From positions 79,006 to 143,005 of the forward strand of contig CAVYNY010000034.1 in assembly GCA_963769935.1 (NCBI GenBank): a DNA stretch of 64,000 nucleotides, written 5' to 3'. The notes under the pieces are model-generated. The model saw nothing but the letters and a program-made list of their open reading frames with translations. It did no database searches and was not told the DNA's origin. The DNA is from an uncultured delta proteobacterium. GTDB lineage: Bacteria > Desulfobacterota > Desulfobacteria > Desulfobacterales > JAFDCJ01. The translations under genes were made by a program, and so were the position numbers. Positions 1-8,415 of the stretch are shown here, piece by piece (within the stretch, counting starts at the first letter, position 1; every line of letters begins with the position of its first letter).

Positions 1-1018
1 AAGCTGGGCGTCGATTATGAAATCGAGCAGTTAAAAAATGACGGCTTTGAAGCCGTTTTCATCGCTGTGGGCGCCCAGCTGAGCCGCAGGATCGAACTGG
101 AAGGATCCGACCTGCCGGAGGTTCATTGGGGGGTTGAGTTTTTAGCAGCTGTGTCGGAAGGCGAAAATGTTCCGGTCAAAGGCCGGATCGTCGTTATCGG
201 CGGCGGCAACGTGGCGGTGGATGTAGCGCTCACGGCCATCCGGCTTGGGGCGAAAAATGTAACGCTTGCCTGTCTGGAAAGCGAGGAGCAAATGCCGGCC
301 AATCCCTGGGAAATCGAACAGGCCCGCGAAGAAGGGCGTGGAGATGCTGTACTCCTGGGGGCCTGCGCGGATCATGGCAAACGGCGGCAAGGTCAGCGGA
401 CTCGAACTGGTGCGCTGCACATCGGTTTTTGACGAGCAGGGCAAATTTTGTCCTTATTTCGATGACGCCAAGACCACCGTAGCGGCGGATCAGGTTATTT
501 TAGCCATCGGCCAGGCCAGCGAGACGGCCTTTTGCAAAGATTTTTGTTTTCTCGATGATCAGCAATCCCTGCCGGTTGAAAAAGGGTTGATAGCCGTTGA
601 CAAAAAAACCCAGGAGACCGCAATAAAAGGCGTCTTTGCCGGCGGTGATGCGGCCAACGGCCCGGCGACGGTGATCGAAGCCATTGCCGCCGGCCGTCGG
701 GCGGCGGTTTCGATCGATAAGTACTTGGGCGGAAACGGCGTATTGGAAGTGGGAAGTTGGAAAGCGGAAGGCGGAAGTGAAGGAAGTGCGAATGCGGAAG
801 CCGGAAGTTCTGGGTGTGGAAATGGTTATGACGGCAGGAGAGAAGCAAGATTTGCAGATTTGAAAAGGGTTGATGCGCCGACCCTGCCGGTTGCAGAAAG
901 AAACGGCGGTTTTGGTGAGGTGGAGCTTTGTTTCCGCGACGAACAGGCGCTGGAAGAAACCCGTCGTTGCCTGCAGTGCGACCTGGAAATATGCCTGGCA
1001 AAAGCCAAACGATCTTAA
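1..1018 (+). CDS. FAD/NAD(P)-dependent oxidoreductase, GltD/NfnB-like; 5' end outside the window; apparent +1 frameshift near 337
   Basis: VVIGGGNVAVDVA Rossmann motif in ORF 67..432 continues after an extra G (gaagaagggcgtggag) into ORF 266..1018, which has VILAIGQ, GVFAGGD..GPATVIEAIAAGRRAA and a C-terminal RCLQC. Confidence 0.85.
745..809 (+). repeat. Degenerate heptamer tandem repeat (GGAAGNN) inside the coding sequence
   Basis: ggaagtg ggaagtt ggaaagc ggaaggc ggaagtg aa ggaagtg cgaatgc ggaagcc ggaagtt; encodes the low-complexity stretch EVGSWKAEGGSEGSANAEAGS. Confidence 0.75.
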
Positions 1019-1477
1019 ACCCTGTCGATGGCATTGAACCGGGATGTTCGAGAATTGGGCTGCTGGAGTGTTGGCTGAGATTTAAACCGATACGATCGGC
1101 ACAAGAGATCCCCTGCCGGATAGCCTGGAGGGCATGCGGCTGGTATGATCGACGGTACGTTAATAGGCAAGCCGGGCAATAACAGACTGGAAAAAATTTA
1201 TTTTCTGCAGTTCAAGCCCTGCCCAGACGATACCGGCAATCCAACCGGCGAATATGGTGACTCGCAATAGTTTTCGCATAACGCCAATATGCCTGAGCAA
1301 AAAACATGCAAGCAAACGGCTTGCGCACGATATTTTTTTGTGATGGAATTACAGAAACTTATCGAGCTTACGAAAAACCCCTCCTGATTCATTGTGAAAA
1401 ATAGTAGCGAATTATTCTGAAATTGATTTCACAGTGTGAAAAATTGGTAAGGGTTTACAGGTTTTATTTTTCCTTTA

Positions 1478-2677
1478 TTACGGTCTTGTCAGCAAATCGC
1501 CGGCATGCCGCAACGCCTCTTCCAATTTATCCACTGCCGGACCGCCGCCCTGGGCCTGCTGGGGCCGGCCGCCGCCGTGCCCGTTGATGACTGCACAGGC
1601 GGCCTGCATCAGCTTTCCCATGTCCATGTCAAGCGCTTCTGAACGCAGAAATACCAGGGAGGCCTTGCCGCGGGTTTTGCCGCCGAACAAAATGACGGCG
1701 TTGGGAAGATTTTCCAGCACTGACTGCGCCAATATTTTTAATTCCTGCGGATCACGGTTTTCAAAAATTTTCTCGACGACATTGATATTGTCAAGTTTCC
1801 GGCATTCGGCGATCAATGCTTTCGATTCATAATCCAAAAATTGCTTTTTCAAGCGGTTGTGCTCCCAGCGCAATTGTTTCAGCTCGTCCTGGATTTTTTG
1901 GATATTCCTGGCAAGGTCGCCTTCACCGGAACTTAAGGAATCTCCGAGCTGCCTTAAGATTGCCGTTTTGTTTTGGTAATCCTTGCAGGCCCTGAATCCG
2001 CACAGAAAATGAATCCGGCTGCCGCCTTTATAGTTTTCATGGCGTCTGATTTTGATGATGCCGATCTCTCCGGTTCGTGAACAGTGGGTTCCGCCGCAGG
2101 GGGAATAATCAAAGTCTTTAATTTCAATAATTCGGATATTTTCTTCAACCGACGGCGGCTTTCTGATCGGAAACCGGTGCAGTTCGTCCTTGGCGACGAT
2201 GTGAAATTCGACCTGCCGGTCCTCGCAAATAATGCGATTGGCCAGGTCCTCAACGGCTGTTATAGTTTCGCTGCCGAGTCCGGCTTGATCGACATCCAGG
2301 GTGGCGCTTTCATCTCCCAGATGAAAGGAGAGCGTTGCGGCCCGGCAGATCTTGATAAACGCCTGGGACAGCAAGTGCTGCCCTGTATGCTGCTGCATGT
2401 GGTCAAATCGCCTCCGCCAGTCAACCCGTCCCTCAACATCAGGTCCGGCAACCGGACTTTGCAGCAGATGGACCACCCGCCGCCGGTCGTCTTCAAAAAC
2501 ATCGACAACCTGTATATCATTCAAGGTTCCGGTGTCATGCGGCTGCCCGCCGGAGGTCGGGTAAAACAGGGTTTGTTCGAGAACGACCGCCGGTCTTCCG
2601 TCGATCTCGGTCTGTTCGGTCACTTTGGCAGTAAAATTCTGCCGATACTGATCTTCAAGGTAAAGTTTTACTGTCAT
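1478..2677 (-). CDS. Alanyl-tRNA editing protein (AlaX-type with C-terminal DHHA1 domain)
   Basis: TLFYPTSGGQPHDTG, HMQQHTGQHLLS, PCGGTH zinc-site motifs; C-terminal GHGGGRPQQAQGGG. Confidence 0.9.
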   Translation of the reverse strand: MTVKLYLEDQYRQNFTAKVTEQTEIDGRPAVVLEQTLFYPTSGGQPHDTGTLNDIQVVDVFEDDRRRVVHLLQSPVAGPDVEGRVDWRRRFDHMQQHTGQHLLSQAFIKICRAATLSFHLGDESATLDVDQAGLGSETITAVEDLANRIICEDRQVEFHIVAKDELHRFPIRKPPSVEENIRIIEIKDFDYSPCGGTHCSRTGEIGIIKIRRHENYKGGSRIHFLCGFRACKDYQNKTAILRQLGDSLSSGEGDLARNIQKIQDELKQLRWEHNRLKKQFLDYESKALIAECRKLDNINVVEKIFENRDPQELKILAQSVLENLPNAVILFGGKTRGKASLVFLRSEALDMDMGKLMQAACAVINGHGGGRPQQAQGGGPAVDKLEEALRHAGDLLTRP

Positions 2678-2784
2678 CGCATCATTTTCCGTTTGATTTA
2701 AAACCTGTTTTCACCAGGCGCCAAAAGCGTCGAGAAGCTTTCGGTGAACCGCAAGCTGGGTCTGAACAGCGACGATCGCTCATA

Positions 2785-3687
2785 TCATTTTTCAAGGTAC
2801 AGTTCCCGCAGGATTTTCTGGCCGGCAGCCTCGATACCCAAAGCGTTTGAAAAATAGCTCTCAATTGTCCCGTATCGGCTCTTCATTTCGTCGAATGCTG
2901 CATCGAGATACTTTGTCTTCACGCCGAAGAGGGCTTGGGGAATCGACGGGTCGCCGCCCGCCGCGACAAACGCTTGAATCTCCTGCCGGTAGGCGGGAAT
3001 AATATGGTCGTTGCTGCTCAGGTAATCCGCCATGACCGTTTCTTGCGGTACGCCGAGCAACGTGAGCAGCGCCGCTGCTCCCCATCCGGTCCGATCCTTT
3101 CCTGCCGTGCAATGGAAGAGTGCCGGAAGCTGGTCCGGATTGCCGAGTGACAGCAACATCTCGCGATAGGCACTCTTCGCGCTCGGGAGAGATACAAAAT
3201 CCCGATAAACCTGCGTCAACATTGCCTCCATCTTACCGCCACCCAATACGTCGTTGGCCTTCTTCGGCGCCTGCATTAGGGCCGACACCTGCGTCGGATC
3301 GAACGCCGTATCGGCCAGCACGTTCAGCAAGTGGTATTTGGTCCCGGGAGGAATTTCGTCGGGTTTGGCCTTCACTTCTCCGTCGGTGCGCAGGTCGAAA
3401 TCGTTCTTCAGCCTAAGCAGGGCGATCTTCTCCAAGTCGTCCGGACTGATAGAATTCAGCTGGCTGGAGCGGTACACCAGCCGGCGCCGCACCACCGCGC
3501 CGCTGGAAGTCAGGTAACCGCCGAGGTCCCGCAGGTTCGGCACGGAAGCGATACCGAGGTTCTGGCCGGGTGCCGGCGCCGTTTCACGGTCAGATAGCGA
3601 CTGCTTGGCCGTCTGTTGGGTACAATCGGTAAACAAAGCCGAGGAAAGAACAACGGCAGCGAGGCGGCTTAGCGATGTGGAATTCAT
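2785..3687 (-). CDS. Exported protein-tyrosine/dual-specificity phosphatase (PtpB/IphP-like)
   Basis: NLRDLGGY, DLRT and P-loop FHCTAGKDRTG; hydrophobic N-terminal signal from ATG 3687. Confidence 0.9.
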   Translation of the reverse strand: MNSTSLSRLAAVVLSSALFTDCTQQTAKQSLSDRETAPAPGQNLGIASVPNLRDLGGYLTSSGAVVRRRLVYRSSQLNSISPDDLEKIALLRLKNDFDLRTDGEVKAKPDEIPPGTKYHLLNVLADTAFDPTQVSALMQAPKKANDVLGGGKMEAMLTQVYRDFVSLPSAKSAYREMLLSLGNPDQLPALFHCTAGKDRTGWGAAALLTLLGVPQETVMADYLSSNDHIIPAYRQEIQAFVAAGGDPSIPQALFGVKTKYLDAAFDEMKSRYGTIESYFSNALGIEAAGQKILRELYLEK

Positions 3688-4660
3688 AAATGGGTTTCCT
3701 CTTTCGTTCGTGTTCGTTTCGATCGGTGAACGGGCAGCTATCATTGGTATTGAATAGACGTCTCGTTTTTATCTTTTGTGTTAATGTTAAAGAGACATCT
3801 TGTTAACAACCCTTATAAGGATAAAAAAATAGCGATTTGCGACCTCCCGTCTAATTTGTATAACATAATCTTAAAAGGATCTGCAATTTTTTAATATTGT
3901 CACCGACGGCTGTAGACCCCAAAACCAAACGCGTTAGATTTTCCTATCTATAATCTTTATTCAATTTTATGCGAAACTGCCAGGATGATGGTGTTAAAGG
4001 ACGGAAATATGGTCGGCCTACATTACATTTGGATAAAATCAGGGAAGCTGGGGCGCTAAGATGGATTTAGGGTCTTTACCGGTTGCAGGTTGATCTTTTT
4101 GCTGTGATCACTCTGTTTTGTTGGGGATACAATTTGGACCTATTCCCGGGTAAATAAAAACTACTTTAAAATCCCTTTTTTCGCTATCGTAGCGATGGAA
4201 ATTAATGCTATTCCTATTAATATCATTAATGGAGGTTCAGGCATTTGAAATCATCCCTTCGATTTACGATGTTAAGTTTTTTGGAATGAAGATAGCTGTA
4301 ACAAATTAGGTGGTTATTAAAGATGTGCTAGAAATGAATGAATTCGAAGAGATTTTAGATGCGGTATTTTGGAGTAACTCTTGTATCGGCAACAAGTTGT
4401 CAAATCGAAATCAATAAATCAGGGCAAATCCAGGCTTCCGGATTCGCCCTCTATCATTTGGATATTATTTTGATATCAAACTGAATTTTAGCTGCCTGAT
4501 ATCTTGGTCATCATAGCAGAAAGCACCGCCGGAGACCAGGGAGCCTGGAACGATGATATCACAAATTTTTTAAGGGTACTGATATTTCCAACTTTGTTGG
4601 AGGTATCTGGACAGACAAAACAAACTTGGTTTGTGCAACTAAAATAGCAAAAAATTTTGC

Positions 4661-5335
4661 TTATGAGCTTTCAGCACGATCACAATGACATGATTCACCG
4701 CGAGATTTTTCAAACGCTTCTCGTCCTTCCCGGAATGAGAAAATGGCTATAAGGACAGCCCCTATTGAATCAATGCCTCCTATACCGGTTATTTCATACC
4801 CCACACTGGCTAAGAGTAGGATAAGAGAGAGATAGAGACAGGTTTTAGTACAGTTGGCATCTTCCAAAATAGCATCGGAATTGAGTTGTCTTCCCACCTT
4901 AACCTTAAAGTGGATCAACGCCCACATCGTGAAAATGGATATCAATGCAATAACAATTCCCCAAAAAGTGGTTTCCGGCCGATGCCCCTGGTAAATATTG
5001 ATGGCGGCAGTGACGGTCAAGCCAGCGGCTAATAGATAAAATGAAATGCCTGTGATTTGAAGCGCTGTTTTTTCAAATGCGCCCGTGTGGGCATCCATGT
5101 CGTTACGTATTCGCCGAACCATATACCAAACACCGATACCGGACACCACCTCAACAAAGGAATCGATTCCAAAACCTAATAAAGAAATCGTCTTATCCTC
5201 CGCACCGAAAAATACCGATACCACGCCCTCTACAAGATTATAAAATACGGTGATCTGAGCGAGTAACGACGCTCTCTTGTATAAATTTTGCTTCACTTGA
5301 GTGACTTCGTCGGCTGATGTAGCAGGAATTTTCAT
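4661..5335 (-). CDS. Cation efflux (CDF-family) transmembrane-domain protein
   Basis: About 6 TM segments; YNLVEG, SLLGFGIDSFVEV, SDAILEDA, DSIGA; C-terminal CHC. Confidence 0.8.
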   Translation of the reverse strand: MKIPATSADEVTQVKQNLYKRASLLAQITVFYNLVEGVVSVFFGAEDKTISLLGFGIDSFVEVVSGIGVWYMVRRIRNDMDAHTGAFEKTALQITGISFYLLAAGLTVTAAINIYQGHRPETTFWGIVIALISIFTMWALIHFKVKVGRQLNSDAILEDANCTKTCLYLSLILLLASVGYEITGIGGIDSIGAVLIAIFSFREGREAFEKSRGESCHCDRAESS

Positions 5336-5686
5336 TTAGTGTAGTCTTTTTATATTTTATTAAGTACAGATATATTGAGACTATCCCGTTTCGACAACCC
5401 TTGTGATATTCGATGATTCAGCCGCTAATTTGCCCGAGGTCCGGAAACAGATTTCTTGCCACTATATCCAGCCAGCAATTATTATGGATACAATTCGTAT
5501 ATCACCTGGTTTAAAAAAATGTCAAAAATTGCTGCGTAATTTAATTGGTTCAATCTATTAACGTAGAAGATCGGTTTTAATTAATCGATTCTGTACGCCA
5601 CTGCAAAAGAACGCGCTCTTCAATTTCAATATTTGCAAAGTCCCTTTTTTTTCGATCTCTTTAATAAATCGGCGAACCCCCATACG

Positions 5687-5989
5687 TTATTGCAGCGGTT
5701 TGAGATCGTCGAGCATGGTCGGTATAAGCTCCGACACGGTGGGATGGATGTGCATGGTCCGCTGGATCGTTGTATAGGGCTGTTTGGCATGCGTGATGTC
5801 CAGAATGGAATGGATGGCCTCGTCGTCGCCGACGCCTAAGATAGCCGCCCCCAGAATCGCCTCCCAGGCGAAGAAGCGGTAAAACCCGTGGGAGCGATAA
5901 TTGTGCAGCGAAAAGCGCGATATCCACACAATTGGAGCCGAGGCGATGATAAATATGATGATCTTGTAATCAGGGGGCACGTAAATCAT
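5687..5989 (-). pseudogene. Chimeric remnant: N-terminus of a membrane methyltransferase-like (ICMT/PEMT) protein fused in frame to the C-terminal dimerisation tail of a mercuric-reductase-like flavoprotein
   Basis: First half WISRFSLHNYRSHGFYRFFAWEAIL; second half ILGAAILGVGDDEAIHSILD...MHIHPTVSELIPTML, with the HPTxSE motif of pyridine nucleotide-disulfide oxidoreductases. Confidence 0.7.
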
Positions 5990-6000
5990 ACTGGCAGGTC

Positions 6001-7029
6001 CTATCTAATTTTGCAGATTACAATCGTGGTGTCATCGGCCAGCGGTTTGTTGCCGGTGAATTCCTCTAAGCCGCATCTGATTCTCTGAACCACATCCCCA
6101 ACCGGTGTATAATTTACCTGCCGACTCAGCTTAATCAGGCGCTCCCGCCCAAATTCCTGATTTTGAAGGTCCACTGCCTCCGTGACGCCGTCTGTATACA
6201 ACACCAGCAGATCGTCCTCCTGAAGTTCAATCGTTTTCTCCGCGAACTCAGCATCTTCAACCAAACCGATGGCAGCCGCCGTCGGCCACAGCAACTCTAC
6301 GGGCTCTTTTTTACCGTTGGTTTTGAATAAAAGCAGCGGCGGCTGGTGGCCCGCATTGCAAAATGTAAGGGTCCTGGTGGCCGAGTCAAAGGCGCCTAAG
6401 AAAAATGTTACAAATGTTTCGAAACGAATATTGTGGATGAAAAGTTTGTGCAGTTGGCGCATCACCTCGGCGGGCGATTCGTTTTGCGGCACCAAGGTTC
6501 GCAGCAAAGCCTGGATACCGGCCATATGAAGGCTTGCCGATACCCCATGGCCCGCCACGTCGGCTATGGCCAGTCCATGTGATCCGTTGCTGAAATCAAT
6601 GAAATCAAAATAGTCTCCTCCCACAATTTGAGCCGGGCGACTAAACGCAGCTATTTCCAGCCCGGGTATATCAGGTATTTCCTGCGGCAGCAGCATTTTT
6701 TGCACGTCCTGGGCCAACTCCAGTTCAGTCTCCAGACGACGACGTTCTTCCCTGGATAGATGCTCAATGCACACACAAGCGGTATAATCGACTTCCAGGA
6801 GTTCCTTTTCAACGTCTTCATGGCAACGTTCACACTTGCCCAAGGTTTTCGAGTCGACTTTTGCGATAGTGTCGTCAATCACATCCAAATGGGTATGCAC
6901 CGACTGTTCTTTTGAGGTACCCAACAAGACTTCTTTTTTAACCGGCGACGTTGCGTGAAACCATTCGGAGAGACTGTCTCGCTTTCGAAGCAGACCTTGG
7001 CGTATACGCTCTAAGACAATAGTGTCCAT
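6001..7029 (-). CDS. SpoIIE/PP2C phosphatase with N-terminal DksA/TraR-like zinc finger
   Basis: CERC-x17-CIEH; VGGDYFDF, IADVAGHG, CNAGH, LYTDGVTEA, DDTT. Confidence 0.9.
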   Translation of the reverse strand: MDTIVLERIRQGLLRKRDSLSEWFHATSPVKKEVLLGTSKEQSVHTHLDVIDDTIAKVDSKTLGKCERCHEDVEKELLEVDYTACVCIEHLSREERRRLETELELAQDVQKMLLPQEIPDIPGLEIAAFSRPAQIVGGDYFDFIDFSNGSHGLAIADVAGHGVSASLHMAGIQALLRTLVPQNESPAEVMRQLHKLFIHNIRFETFVTFFLGAFDSATRTLTFCNAGHQPPLLLFKTNGKKEPVELLWPTAAAIGLVEDAEFAEKTIELQEDDLLVLYTDGVTEAVDLQNQEFGRERLIKLSRQVNYTPVGDVVQRIRCGLEEFTGNKPLADDTTIVICKIR

Positions 7030-7282
7030 AAGTACCCTCCTTACCTTACCCCAAAATTTTTTGACACGGTGATGCAATCCCAAATATAAGGCTGATATAT
7101 TGAGTTGCCAGCGGCCAATAGAAACTTATAATATATATAACCGGTCCGGTGCATATTTGGATAAAATTTAAGATTCAAGCTGTAATAATCCATGATTCAC
7201 CCCATTGCATTTCCGGGTAATTGAGTTCGTATCAAATCGAGAATCTCTCCGTCATATCCAGCCAAGGAAAAGGGGGAACACA

Positions 7283-7930
7283 ATGACCTTACACGAAAAA
7301 ATGACCGCATTTAAAAAGGATTTTGAGGCTAAGGCCCCCAAGGAAGTTCTTGAAATCATGCACCGTGCGCAGCAAACCCTGATAGATTCCGGAGTCCTGG
7401 AGCATGCGCCGAAGCCCGGAGACAAAGCGCCGGATTTTACCCTTGAGAACACCGAAGGCTTACCGGTGGCGCTCGGCGGGCTGCTTGAAAAAGGACCTGT
7501 CGTGCTGGGTTTCTATCGCGGGCGATGGTGACCTTACTGCAACATGGAGCTGGAGGCTCTGGCCGAAGCGGCTTCGGAAATCGAAGCAGCGGGCGCGACG
7601 CTGGTTCTGATCTCACCCCAAAAAATCGAGCTCAACCGCAAGATGATGGAAGACAAGGGCCTGGCGGCCGTGATGCTGAGCGATCCCGGCAACGAAACCG
7701 CGGCCCGCTATGGGCTTCGATATTACCTGCCCGAAGAGCTAAAGGCGATTTACCGCAAATTCGGCGTCAATTTGGATGTATACAACGAAGACGACTCCTG
7801 GACGCTTCCGCTGCCGGCAAGACTCATTATCGACCGGCAAGGGCTCATCCGGCATGCGGATATCAGTGCCGACTATACCATCCGTCCTGATCCGCAGGAA
7901 ACCATTAAAGAGTTGAAAAAAATCAGGTGA
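7283..7930 (+). CDS. Peroxiredoxin-like (AhpC/TSA, thioredoxin fold) selenoprotein, Sec at TGA 7529-7531
   Basis: ORFs 7205..7531 and 7544..7930 share a frame and join as FYRGRW-TGA-PYCNMEL, so UxxC replaces CxxC; downstream hairpins; RBS-like aggggg before ATG 7283. Confidence 0.9.
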
Positions 7931-7965
7931 CAACCGGTTATTCCGGGACATTCGGGGGAGGCATA

Positions 7966-8322
7966 TTGGATAAACAAGTCATTGAAATAATAAAATCCAA
8001 GGGAGCGTTCATCTGTGATATGGACGGCGTTATCTATCATGGCAACAGGCTGCTGCCGGGCGTGAAAGAGTTCGTAAAATGGCTGCAGACGGAAAACAAG
8101 AAATTTTTATTCCTTACCAATTCAAGCGAACGTTCCCCGAAAGAATTACAGGAAAAATTGCAAAGGCTGGGGATTGAAATGGATACGGATATCATTGCCG
8201 GCATCGAATCAGAGATCACCACCTGCCTGGTGCTCAGCGGCATAACCAGCAGAGAAGAGATTGCCGATTTTCCTTACCGACCTGATTTCGTGCTCAACGG
8301 CGCAATCGACATTGTATCATGA
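7966..8322 (+). pseudogene. NagD-like HAD-IIA hydrolase with a large in-frame internal deletion
   Basis: Motif I CDMDGVIY and motif II FLTNSS are present, then RLGIE jumps straight to MDTDIIAG...LVLSG; the cap domain and the K and GD motifs are missing. Confidence 0.75.
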
Positions 8323-8415
8323 TTATTGGTTAATGTTTTATGAAGAATATTTATTGCCGCTGTATAAAATTCGAAAATTATCGAATAAGCACCGACCGTC
8401 TGATTTTTGTTATCT

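Noticed and set aside
1020..1477. 460-bp gap between convergent genes with tgaaat-tg-atttca palindromes (Rex/CRP site or riboswitch?)
   Set aside because: Spacing fits neither consensus, no aptamer is recognisable, and ORF 1198..1392 is unconvincing.
3750..4660. AT-rich intergenic stretch as a hidden gene or RNA
   Set aside because: Only short frames (one with an incidental DDIT) and no persuasive structure.
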